Positions 24,544 to 32,000 of a DNA stretch of 32,000 nt are shown in pieces. Source of the DNA: an uncultured Actinomycetota bacterium (GTDB lineage Bacteria; Actinomycetota; Actinomycetes; Actinomycetales; Kineosporiaceae); NCBI GenBank assembly GCA_963825645.1, contig CAWGTT010000011.1, positions 32,558-64,557 on the forward strand, written 5' to 3'. Under the pieces are notes generated by a model, which had not been told where the DNA came from, searched no databases, and worked only from the letters and a program-made list of their open reading frames with translations. Each line of letters opens with the position of its first letter. Positions within the stretch are counted from its first letter, which is position 1. The position numbers were made by a program, and so were the translations under genes.

Positions 24544-25590
24544 GTGGGCGCTCGTCGCGAGCACCGAGTGGTCGACATCGCCGCTCAGGCTGGGTTGAGC
24601 CGCGCGACAGTGGACAGGGTTCTGCACGGTCGTGAGGGAGTCCGACCGGAGACGGTCGCGCAGGTGAACCGGGCGATCGACGATCTGGAGCGCCAACGGG
24701 AGCAGGTCCACCTGTCGGGGCGAACGCTGATCCTGGACCTGGTGATGCAGACGCCGGAACGTTTTGCCGTCGCATCACGGGACGCGCTGGAGGCCGAGCT
24801 GCGGTCGTTGCGGCCGGCGGTGCTGCGGGCACGGTCGCACCTGAGCGAGCACAGCGACCCGGCGGCTGCGGCGGCCCTCCTGGACGCCCTGGGCCGCAAG
24901 CGGTCGCACGGGGTCATCCTCAAGGCGCCGGACCATCCGCTGGTCGTCGACGCGGTGCAGCGACTGGCCGACCGAGGCATTCCGACCGTCACGTTCGTGA
25001 CCGACGTGCCGGACAGCCGGCGGACGGCGTACGTGGGCATGGACAACCTGGCCGCCGGAGCGACGGCCGCCTATCTCATCACACAGTGGGCCGGACGGTC
25101 CGGAGGAGTCCTGGTGACCGTGAGCCACTCGTCGTTCCGCGGCGAGGAGGAGCGTGAGATCGGCTTCAGACGGACGCTGGCCGAGTTGGCGCCCAAGCGG
25201 AAGGTCCACGAGGTGACAGACACCGACGGCATGGACCAGACGATTCTGGTGGCCGTTCGCGGCGCGTTGGCGCTGCACCCGTCGATCAACGCGGTCTACT
25301 CCGCGGGCGGCGGGAACGTGGCCACGCTCACAGCGTTCGAGGAGATCGGTGTGACGCCGACGGTGTACATCGCGCACGACCTCGACGGCGACAACAGGGC
25401 CCTGCTGCGGACGCGGAAGATCTCCGCGGTCCTTCATCACGACATGCGGGCGGACATGCGGCGGGCGTGCCGCCTTCTGCTGCAGGCGCGCGGGCTGCTG
25501 CCGGGTAAGCCGGCGAACATCCCGTCCCAGGTGCAGGTCATCACGCCGTACAACGAGCCTGCGTCGATCGTCGGCTACTCCGAGCTGTGA
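24544..25590 (+). CDS. LacI-family transcriptional regulator
   Basis: AGGAGG 4 nt before GTG 24544. HTH VVDIAAQAGLSRATVDRVLHGREGVRPETVAQV, then a periplasmic-binding-protein-like sugar-binding domain. Confidence 0.9.
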   Translation: MGARREHRVVDIAAQAGLSRATVDRVLHGREGVRPETVAQVNRAIDDLERQREQVHLSGRTLILDLVMQTPERFAVASRDALEAELRSLRPAVLRARSHLSEHSDPAAAAALLDALGRKRSHGVILKAPDHPLVVDAVQRLADRGIPTVTFVTDVPDSRRTAYVGMDNLAAGATAAYLITQWAGRSGGVLVTVSHSSFRGEEEREIGFRRTLAELAPKRKVHEVTDTDGMDQTILVAVRGALALHPSINAVYSAGGGNVATLTAFEEIGVTPTVYIAHDLDGDNRALLRTRKISAVLHHDMRADMRRACRLLLQARGLLPGKPANIPSQVQVITPYNEPASIVGYSEL

Positions 25591-25635
25591 GCGCATCGGC
25601 TCACAGCCCGTTCGGCCGGGAGTGGCCGGCACAGC

Positions 25636-26514
25636 TCACGTGGCGAGCAGGCCACGCAGGTAGTCCGCGCTGGTCCTGACGTCCGCGACGGGGCCCTCGC
25701 CGGCGGGCGGCCCGGTGAGGATGGTGTCCTGCTCGAGGGTGTACCAGCCGTCGTAGCCGTCGCCGCGCAGGTGCCCGACGATGGCGGCGACGTCGACGTC
25801 GCCCTGGCCCAGCGGCCGGTACATGCCCGCGCGGACCGCCTCGGTGTAGGTGAGGCGACCGGCCCGGACCTTGCGGACGTAGTTGAGGTCGACGTCCTTG
25901 AAGTGGGTGTGGGCGATCCGGTCGGGCACCTGGCCGGTGAGGACGGCCGGGTCGGTGCCTCCGATGAGCAGGTGGCCGGTGTCCAGGCACAGGCAGATGG
26001 CCGAGCCGTCGAGGACGCGCTGCACGTCCGGCCCGGTCTCGACCATGGTGCCGACGTGTGGGTGGAGCACGGCGCGGATGCCGTGCTCGGCGGCGCGGGC
26101 GGCGACGCGGTCCAGGTTGCGCAGGAGCCGCTGCCAGCCCGCTTCGTCAAGGTCGGGCCGGTAGTCGTAGCCGGTCAGGCCGGAGTCGGCGCACAGGACC
26201 ATGACGCCGGCACGGGCGGCCTTGAAGCCGGGCAGGAGCCGTTCGAGCTCGACCATCGGGTCCACGTCGGCGCGGTGGAGGACGAACGGGGTGAAGCCGC
26301 CGACTGCGTGCAGGTTGTGGTCCGCGAGGGTCTTGGCCAGCTCGTCGGGGTCGGCGGGAAGGAAGCCGTCCGGGCCGAGCTCGGTGGCGGCGAGGCCGAC
26401 TTCGCTCATCTCGCTGAGCACCTGGTCGGCGGGGAGCTGGTAGCCCCACCCGGGGACTTCGCAGACTCCCCAGCTGATCGGGGCACCTGCGATGCGGTCG
26501 ATGTCGTGGATCAT
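25636..26514 (-). CDS. sugar phosphate isomerase/epimerase (xylose-isomerase-like TIM barrel; IolE-like inosose dehydratase candidate)
   Basis: N-terminus IAGAPISWGVCEVPGWGYQL. TIM-barrel metal ligand context (HPHVGTMVE, LCLDTGHLLIGG). ATGA overlap with the upstream stop. Confidence 0.8.
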   Translation of the reverse strand: MIHDIDRIAGAPISWGVCEVPGWGYQLPADQVLSEMSEVGLAATELGPDGFLPADPDELAKTLADHNLHAVGGFTPFVLHRADVDPMVELERLLPGFKAARAGVMVLCADSGLTGYDYRPDLDEAGWQRLLRNLDRVAARAAEHGIRAVLHPHVGTMVETGPDVQRVLDGSAICLCLDTGHLLIGGTDPAVLTGQVPDRIAHTHFKDVDLNYVRKVRAGRLTYTEAVRAGMYRPLGQGDVDVAAIVGHLRGDGYDGWYTLEQDTILTGPPAGEGPVADVRTSADYLRGLLAT

Positions 26515-27524
26515 CGTTCCTCCTGTGTGGGCACGCCGGCGCCGGGGAAGTCCCATTCACGGTTGGCCAGGGCGGCCGGCCGGCGGCCGGCGAGGACGTC
26601 GGCGACGCCCTGCGCGGCCGCGGTGAAGGTGGCCCTCGTGGCACCGACGCTCAGCCCCATCAGGTGGGGCGACAGGACGACGTCGGTGCGGTCGAAGACC
26701 GGGTGGTGCGTCGGTGGTTCGGGGTCGAAGACGTCCAGGCCGAGGCCGGCGAGCCGGCCGTCGGCGAGGGCTCGGGCGGCGGCGTCGAGGTCGAGTAGCC
26801 CGCCGCGGCCGCAGTTCACCAGGATCGCCCCGGACGCCATGGCGGCTAGGAAGTCTGCGTCGACCAGATGGTGGGTCTGTGGAGTCAGCGGCAGGTGGAG
26901 CGTGACGATCTGCGAACGGGTGCGCAGTTCGTCGAGGCTGACGAGCCGCGCGCCGTCAGTGTCCGGCCCACGGGTGCCGGTTCCAGTGGTGTCGGCCCCG
27001 GCGAGGTAGGGGTCGTGGGCCAGGACGGTCATGCCGAACGCGCGGGCCAGGTGGCCGACCCGGCGGCCGATCCGGCCGTAGCCGACGATGCCGATCGTGG
27101 CGCCGTCGAGGTCACCTAGGGTGATCGCGTCGCGTTCGGTCCAGCGGCCTCGCGCGACGCAGTCGGTCGTCCTACGCAGCTGCTTGACCAGGTGGAGGAT
27201 CATCGCCAGGGCGCCTTCGGCGACGGCGTTGGTACCGGCGCCGGGGGTGACGACGACGGCGATTCCGCGGCGGGTGGCTTCGGCGACGTCGAGGCGTTCC
27301 ACGCCGACGCCGGTGCGGGCAAGCACCTGGAGGTTCGGCATCCGGTCGAGCATCGCGCCCTCGACGAGGACGTCGGCCCGCACGATCGCTCCGGTGGCGG
27401 CGTGGAGGTCTTCCGGGCCCGGGTGGGCCACGAACTGCACGTCCGCCGGCAGGTGCGCAGTGACGAGGTCGGGTTCGACGGTGCCGAGGGCGACGACGAC
27501 CTGCCGGCCGACGGCGGTCTTCAC
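26511..27524 (-). CDS. D-isomer-specific 2-hydroxyacid dehydrogenase family protein
   Basis: NAD loop GIVGYGRIGRRVGHLARAFGMTVLAHDP. Catalytic-domain motifs (LVNCGRGGLLD, SPHLMG). GTGA overlap with the aldolase stop. Confidence 0.9.
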   Translation of the reverse strand: MKTAVGRQVVVALGTVEPDLVTAHLPADVQFVAHPGPEDLHAATGAIVRADVLVEGAMLDRMPNLQVLARTGVGVERLDVAEATRRGIAVVVTPGAGTNAVAEGALAMILHLVKQLRRTTDCVARGRWTERDAITLGDLDGATIGIVGYGRIGRRVGHLARAFGMTVLAHDPYLAGADTTGTGTRGPDTDGARLVSLDELRTRSQIVTLHLPLTPQTHHLVDADFLAAMASGAILVNCGRGGLLDLDAAARALADGRLAGLGLDVFDPEPPTHHPVFDRTDVVLSPHLMGLSVGATRATFTAAAQGVADVLAGRRPAALANREWDFPGAGVPTQEER

Positions 27525-28306
27525 GGTGTCTCACCGGCCCTTCGCAGCTCGGCGACGACGGCGCCGGCGAGCAGGGTCGTGTCGGAGCCGATGGCGAGGA
27601 ACTGCCAGCCGGCCGCGGACATCCGGGCGGCTGCGGCGCCGTCCGTCACGAGCAGCCCGGCGGCCTTGCCGTTCGCCGTCGCGGCGGCGAGGACCCGGTC
27701 GAGGGCGGCGAGGTAGACCGGTGCCTGGGTCTGGCCCGGGACGTCGAGGGCGTGGCTGAGGTCGCGGGGACCGACGAACAGGACGTCGACGCCGTCGAGG
27801 GCCGCGATGTCCTCCACGGCGTCCAGGGCCGGGCGGGTCTCGATCTGCACCACGCCGAGAACGTCGTCGTTGGAACGGTCGAGGGCGCCGGGGTCCAACC
27901 CGTACCGGCACATGCGGTTGTAGGTCGCCACCCCTCTGTCCCCCGTCGGCGGGTAGCGCAGGTGCCGTACGCACGCCGCGGCCTGCTCGGCGCTGTCGAC
28001 CCGGGGGAACATGACCCCGGCCGCGCCCAGGTCGAGCAGGCGACCGGCGCGGATCCGCTCGGTGGACTCGACGCGGACGACGGTCGGCACCGAGTACGAC
28101 GCGGCGGCGGGGATGACGTCGCGGGCCTGTTCCTCGCCGCCGACGCCGTGCTCGAGGTCCAGCAGGACCCAGTCGACCCCGGCTGCAGCGCACACTTCGG
28201 CGCTGACCGGTGCGGCGGCTCCGAGGAAGGTGCCGTAGGTGACCTCGCCGCGGGCGAGCCGTCGTCGCAGCTCACCGCGGTCCACGGCATACCGGTCGCG
28301 CGTCAT
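27521..28306 (-). CDS. HpcH/HpaI-family (class II) 2-keto-3-deoxy-acid aldolase
   Basis: GTFLGAAAPVSAEVCAAAGVDWVLLDLEHG..., VVRVES, GVMFPRV, VVQIETRPALDAVEDIAALDGVDVLFVGPRDLS. ATGA overlap with the iolD stop. Confidence 0.85.
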   Translation of the reverse strand: MTRDRYAVDRGELRRRLARGEVTYGTFLGAAAPVSAEVCAAAGVDWVLLDLEHGVGGEEQARDVIPAAASYSVPTVVRVESTERIRAGRLLDLGAAGVMFPRVDSAEQAAACVRHLRYPPTGDRGVATYNRMCRYGLDPGALDRSNDDVLGVVQIETRPALDAVEDIAALDGVDVLFVGPRDLSHALDVPGQTQAPVYLAALDRVLAAATANGKAAGLLVTDGAAAARMSAAGWQFLAIGSDTTLLAGAVVAELRRAGETP

Positions 28307-30264
28307 CCGTGCCACCGCTGCGTGGCCAGGCCGGCTTCGTAGTGGCTTCGGGCGGCGCGGATCGTGTCGGACTCGGATACCTCCGCGGGCGCGACGTCCC
28401 ACCAGCAGCCCGCCGACGGCAGGTCGGCGTGCGGGATGACGGGGACGACGATGACGACCGGACGCGTCTGCGAGCGGGTCTCCTCGAGCGCGCGCCGGAC
28501 CTCGGCGGCGGTGATGGCGCGCAGAGCATGGGCGCCCAGGCCGGCTGCGACCGGGACGAGGTCGAGCTGGAGGTAGTCGCCGGTCAGGGCGACGTCCTTT
28601 CCAGCCTCGAAGGTCAGCGGGGCGGTGCGGTACCGGAACTCGTTGCCGAACTCGCGGCCCATCGTGAACATCTGCAACCGATGGATGACCTGGTAGCCGT
28701 GGTTCTCCGGAACCACCACGGTGATCGCCAGGCCTTCCTGGGCGGCCGTGACGAGCTCGGTGGGCGCCATCAGGAAGGTGCCGTCACCGATGAACGCGGT
28801 GACCCGGTGCGCCGGGTCGGCGTCGGCGAGCCGGGCGCCGATCGCGGCCGGGATCTCGTACCCCATGCAGGAGAACCCGAACTCGAGGTGGCAGTTGCGT
28901 CCGCCGGTCGCGTCCCAGACCTTCAGCAGGTCACCGGGCGGGCCGCCGGCGGCGGCGACGATCGTGTCGCCCTGCCGGGCGTGCTCCTGGAGCAGCCCGA
29001 TGAGCTGGCCCTGGGTGAGGAGGGCATCGGTGTCCGGGATGACGTCGGTGGACTGGGCGCGCAGCGCGTCCACATCGACCGGTGTGTCGGCGTCCAGGGC
29101 CGCCGCGCGCACGGGCGCCCAGGCGGCCTTGGCGGCCCCCACCCTGTCCCGCCATGCGGCGCTGGTCATGACACCGGCGGCCACGAGCGTGTCGGCCAGC
29201 GCGCGTAGGGCGAGCTGGGCGTCGCCGAGGACCGAGGTCGCGCCGAGCCGATCACCGTCGCGCGGGTCGACGTTGATGCTCGCGAACCGCACGTCGGGCG
29301 CGGTGAACAGCGAGTGGGAGGCGGTGGCGAAGTCGGTCAGGCGGGACCCGACGGTGACCACGAGGTCGGCGTCGCGGGCCACCTCGTTGGTCGCGGGGTT
29401 GCCCTCGAGGCCGATGCCCCCGAGCTGCCACCAGGCGTCGGCGCGGACGGCGCCCTTGCCGGCGAAGGTCTCGGCGACCGGGACGCCGACGGCGTCGGCG
29501 AGCCGCTCGAGCTCGGTGCTGGCCTCGGAGTAGAGGACACCGCCACCGGCGATGATGAGCGGGCGGGACGCCGCCGTGACCAACTCGGCGAGTGCGGTGA
29601 CCTCGTCCTGCTCGGGGACCGGCCGGCGGATCACCCAGTCGCGCTCGGCGAAGAACTCCACCGGGAAGTCGTGGGCGTGCGACTGGATGTCCTGCGGCAG
29701 GGACAGGACGGCGGCTCCGGTGGTGACCGGGTCGACGAGCACCCGCATGGCTGCCGGGAGCGCGGTGAGCAGCTGCTCGGGACGGGTGATGCGGTCGAAG
29801 AACCGGGACACCGGGCGGAAGGCGTCGTTGACGCTGGCGTCGGCCTCGATCGGGTGCTGGAGCTGCTGTAGGACCGGTCCCTGACGGCGGGTGGCGTAGG
29901 AGTCACCGGGCAACAGCAGGACGGGCAGCCGGTTCACGGTCGCCAGGCCGGCGCCGGTGACCATGTTGAGCGCGCCGGGGCCGATGGACGCGGTGACGGC
30001 CAGTGCAGCTCGGCGCTTGGAGGTCTTGGCGAAGCCGCTGGCGATGTGAACCAGGCCCTGCTCATTGCGGCCCTGGATGAACGGCAGGTCGTCGCGGTAC
30101 TGGTCCAGCGCCTGCCCGAGTCCGGCGACGTTGCCGTGACCGAAGATCCCCATCGCGGCGGGGATCAGGCGACGGCGGGCGCCGTCCGCGACGCTGTACT
30201 GCTTGGCCAGGTACAGGACCAGGGCCTGGGCCGTGGTGAGGCGCACGGTGCGGTTGCTTGTCAT
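28303..30264 (-). CDS. iolD: 3D-(3,5/4)-trihydroxycyclohexane-1,2-dione acylhydrolase (decyclizing), ThDP-dependent
   Basis: AGGAGAAGG Shine-Dalgarno before ATG 30264. IolD-type N-terminus RLTTAQALVLYLAKQY. ThDP motif GDGTFLM...ENHGYQ. Roughly 650 aa, typical for IolD. Confidence 0.85.
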   Translation of the reverse strand: MTSNRTVRLTTAQALVLYLAKQYSVADGARRRLIPAAMGIFGHGNVAGLGQALDQYRDDLPFIQGRNEQGLVHIASGFAKTSKRRAALAVTASIGPGALNMVTGAGLATVNRLPVLLLPGDSYATRRQGPVLQQLQHPIEADASVNDAFRPVSRFFDRITRPEQLLTALPAAMRVLVDPVTTGAAVLSLPQDIQSHAHDFPVEFFAERDWVIRRPVPEQDEVTALAELVTAASRPLIIAGGGVLYSEASTELERLADAVGVPVAETFAGKGAVRADAWWQLGGIGLEGNPATNEVARDADLVVTVGSRLTDFATASHSLFTAPDVRFASINVDPRDGDRLGATSVLGDAQLALRALADTLVAAGVMTSAAWRDRVGAAKAAWAPVRAAALDADTPVDVDALRAQSTDVIPDTDALLTQGQLIGLLQEHARQGDTIVAAAGGPPGDLLKVWDATGGRNCHLEFGFSCMGYEIPAAIGARLADADPAHRVTAFIGDGTFLMAPTELVTAAQEGLAITVVVPENHGYQVIHRLQMFTMGREFGNEFRYRTAPLTFEAGKDVALTGDYLQLDLVPVAAGLGAHALRAITAAEVRRALEETRSQTRPVVIVVPVIPHADLPSAGCWWDVAPAEVSESDTIRAARSHYEAGLATQRWHG

Positions 30265-30319
30265 GTCCTTCTCCTTGGGACGCAAGGGATCTGCACTGGC
30301 GTCAGAGACAGCGGGCGGG

Positions 30320-31759
30320 TCACCAGGGCTGGCCGTGCAGGATGATGGTCTTCTCCTCGGTCATCTCCGAGACGGCGGTGCGGAAGCCCTCCTTGCCGAT
30401 GCCGGAGGCCTTGAGGCCGCCATAGGGCATGAGGTCGGCGCGCCACAGCGGGGTCCAGTTGACGTGGATGACTCCGGCGTCGATCTGGCGCATGGCGCGC
30501 ACGGCGGCGGCGACGTCCTTGGTGAACACGCCGGCGGCCAGGCCGTAGGCGGTGGAGTTGGCGTAGGCGATGGCAGTCGCCCAGTCCTCGGCCGTCGACA
30601 CCGCGACCGCAGGGCCGAACAGCTCCTCGGTGTTCAGCGGTGCCGCCGGTGCGACGTCGTCGACGACGGCGGGAGTGACGATGGCGCCGTCGCGCCGGCC
30701 GCCCGTGAGCAGCGTGGCCCCTGCGTCGACGGCCGTGCGGAGCGCATCCTCGACGCGACGGGCCTCGGTCTCGCTGATGAGGGTCCCGAGCCGGGTGTCG
30801 TCCTGGGACGGGTCGCCGTACGCGATCGCCTCGACTGCGGGGAGGAGAGCGTCCAGGAGGTCGCCGTGCACTCGCGGGTGGACGATGACGCGCTGAACGG
30901 AGATGCACACCTGACCGGCGTTGATGTAACCGCCGGCCGCGATGGCGCCGGCCGCGGCCTCGATGTCGGCGTCGGGAAGGACCACGACCGGGCACGAGGC
31001 ACCGAGCTCGAGAGACAGCTTCTTCACCCCGGCAGTGCGGGCGATGTGCTCGCCGACCGCGGTGGAACCGGTGAAGGAGACCTTGCGGACCCTGGGGTCA
31101 CGGACGAGGGCGTCACCGAGCCCGCCGCCCGGACCGGTGAGGACGTTGAGCACGCCCGGAGGCAGCCCGGCGTCGGTGAAGGCCTCGGCCAGCGCCAGCG
31201 CGGTCAGCGGGGTGGCCCTGGCCGGCTTGAGGACGACGGCATTGCCGGCGGCCAGGGCCGGCGCGACCTTGTGCAGCACGAGCAATGAGGGGTAGTTGAA
31301 TGGGGTGATCGCGACGACCACGCCGCAGGGCTGGCGCAGAGTGAAACCCACCTTGTCCAGACCCGTGCCCCGGTGGGCGTCCAGCGGCAGGGTGTCCCCG
31401 TACAGCTGGGTGCCCTCGTAGCCGGCGAGCCGGATCATGTCGCCGGCCCGGCCGACCTCTCCGCGCGCCTCGGTGATGGTCTTGCCGTTCTCGCCGGACA
31501 GGAGCGCGGCGATCGCCTCGACCCGCCCGTCGATGAGCGCGGCCGCGCGCATCAGGACGTCGAGACGGGCGTGGGCGGGCGTCTCGCGCCACACCGTCGC
31601 GCCGTGCTCGGCGGCGGCGAGGGCCCTGTCGACGTCGGAGGAGTCGGCGACGGCCGCCTGCCCGACGACGCGGCCGTCGTACGGTGAGCGGACCTCCTCG
31701 ACCCGCCCGCCGGTGCTCGGAAGCCATTCGCCGGCAATGAGGAGCTGACCGTGGGTCAT
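30320..31759 (-). CDS. NAD(P)-dependent aldehyde dehydrogenase
   Basis: ALDH superfamily signatures: FTGSTAVG, LELGAS (catalytic Glu), GQVCISVQR (catalytic Cys), EELFGP. 479 aa. Confidence 0.9.
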   Translation of the reverse strand: MTHGQLLIAGEWLPSTGGRVEEVRSPYDGRVVGQAAVADSSDVDRALAAAEHGATVWRETPAHARLDVLMRAAALIDGRVEAIAALLSGENGKTITEARGEVGRAGDMIRLAGYEGTQLYGDTLPLDAHRGTGLDKVGFTLRQPCGVVVAITPFNYPSLLVLHKVAPALAAGNAVVLKPARATPLTALALAEAFTDAGLPPGVLNVLTGPGGGLGDALVRDPRVRKVSFTGSTAVGEHIARTAGVKKLSLELGASCPVVVLPDADIEAAAGAIAAGGYINAGQVCISVQRVIVHPRVHGDLLDALLPAVEAIAYGDPSQDDTRLGTLISETEARRVEDALRTAVDAGATLLTGGRRDGAIVTPAVVDDVAPAAPLNTEELFGPAVAVSTAEDWATAIAYANSTAYGLAAGVFTKDVAAAVRAMRQIDAGVIHVNWTPLWRADLMPYGGLKASGIGKEGFRTAVSEMTEEKTIILHGQPW

Positions 31760-31846
31760 GGTGGGTCTGCCTTCCTGATCAGAGGGTGATCCAGCGCTTC
31801 TCGGCGTCCGAGCGCCGCGTCGCGTCGACGAACCGCCTGAGATGGG

Positions 31847-32000
31847 TCAGCGGACTTCGTCCACGCGGACGGGCCGGTGCTCACGCCAGGAGCGGGTTGC
31901 TGCCTCGGCGATGAGAGACGCCTCGACGCCGTCGTGGAGCGTGCAGGGTGACGGGCGGGTGCCCGCCACGACGTCGGTGAAGGCAGTCAGCTCGGCGCGG
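31847..32000 (-). CDS. Gfo/Idh/MocA-family oxidoreductase, C-terminal fragment (IolG-like; 5' part outside the window)
   Basis: Absent from the ORF track because it has no in-window start. My reverse-strand translation reads ...RAELTAFTDVVAGTRPSPCTLHDGVEASLIAEAATRSWREHRPVRVDEVR-TGA (stop at 31847-31849), a typical C-terminus for this family. Confidence 0.6.
   Translation of the reverse strand, partial: RAELTAFTDVVAGTRPSPCTLHDGVEASLIAEAATRSWREHRPVRVDEVR

Noticed and set aside
25771-31288. Plus-strand ORFs (25771-27009, 27088-27759, 28309-29208, 30203-31288) over the iol-type cluster
   Set aside because: They lie antisense to enzymes with clear cofactor-binding motifs, and their translations are low-complexity Gly/Arg/Asp-rich.
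1-32000. Mobile-element boundaries (integrase, transposase, tRNA attachment site, long inverted or direct repeats) and CRISPR arrays
   Set aside because: No ORF resembles an integrase or transposase. There are no repeat-spacer arrays. The only repeats found are the two short tandem duplications reported above.

Overview
GC-rich, actinobacterium-like chromosomal segment. This is judged from codon bias, the Asp23/AmaP locus and the XRE-DUF5753/DUF397 pair. All calls come from reading the supplied ORF translations and the DNA; no database search was run. Left to right: a P450 3' fragment; a translationally coupled glycan operon (GT4, GT4, conserved hypothetical, long GH130-like protein, cupin; 983-6610); a type II P-type cation ATPase; DUF1992 and LysR genes; a membrane-anchored GH26-like hydrolase; a truncated ECF sigma gene next to a seven-gene Asp23/DUF2273/DUF6286/AmaP envelope-stress locus (13.6-16.5 kb). 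The most interesting element follows, a minus-strand operon at about 16.6-20.1 kb. It encodes a membrane protein, a UBC/E2-like candidate, a JAB/MPN peptidase, a ThiF/E1-like adenylyltransferase and a second membrane protein. The last four genes overlap one another, and no recognisable ubiquitin-like gene or CD-NTase is present. I read it as a candidate atypical bacterial ubiquitination-like (possibly defence) module. It is preceded by a perfect 20-bp tandem repeat, a 7-codon uORF and a hairpin. Further right: an XRE/DUF397 pair, a DHA2-type MFS transporter, a frameshift-riddled CPBP protease relic, an 18-bp tandem repeat, a LacI regulator, and a minus-strand inositol-type catabolic cluster (IolG-like fragment, aldehyde dehydrogenase, IolD, HpcH aldolase, 2-hydroxyacid dehydrogenase, IolE-like TIM-barrel enzyme). 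No rRNA, tRNA, CRISPR array, transposase or integrase was recognised.
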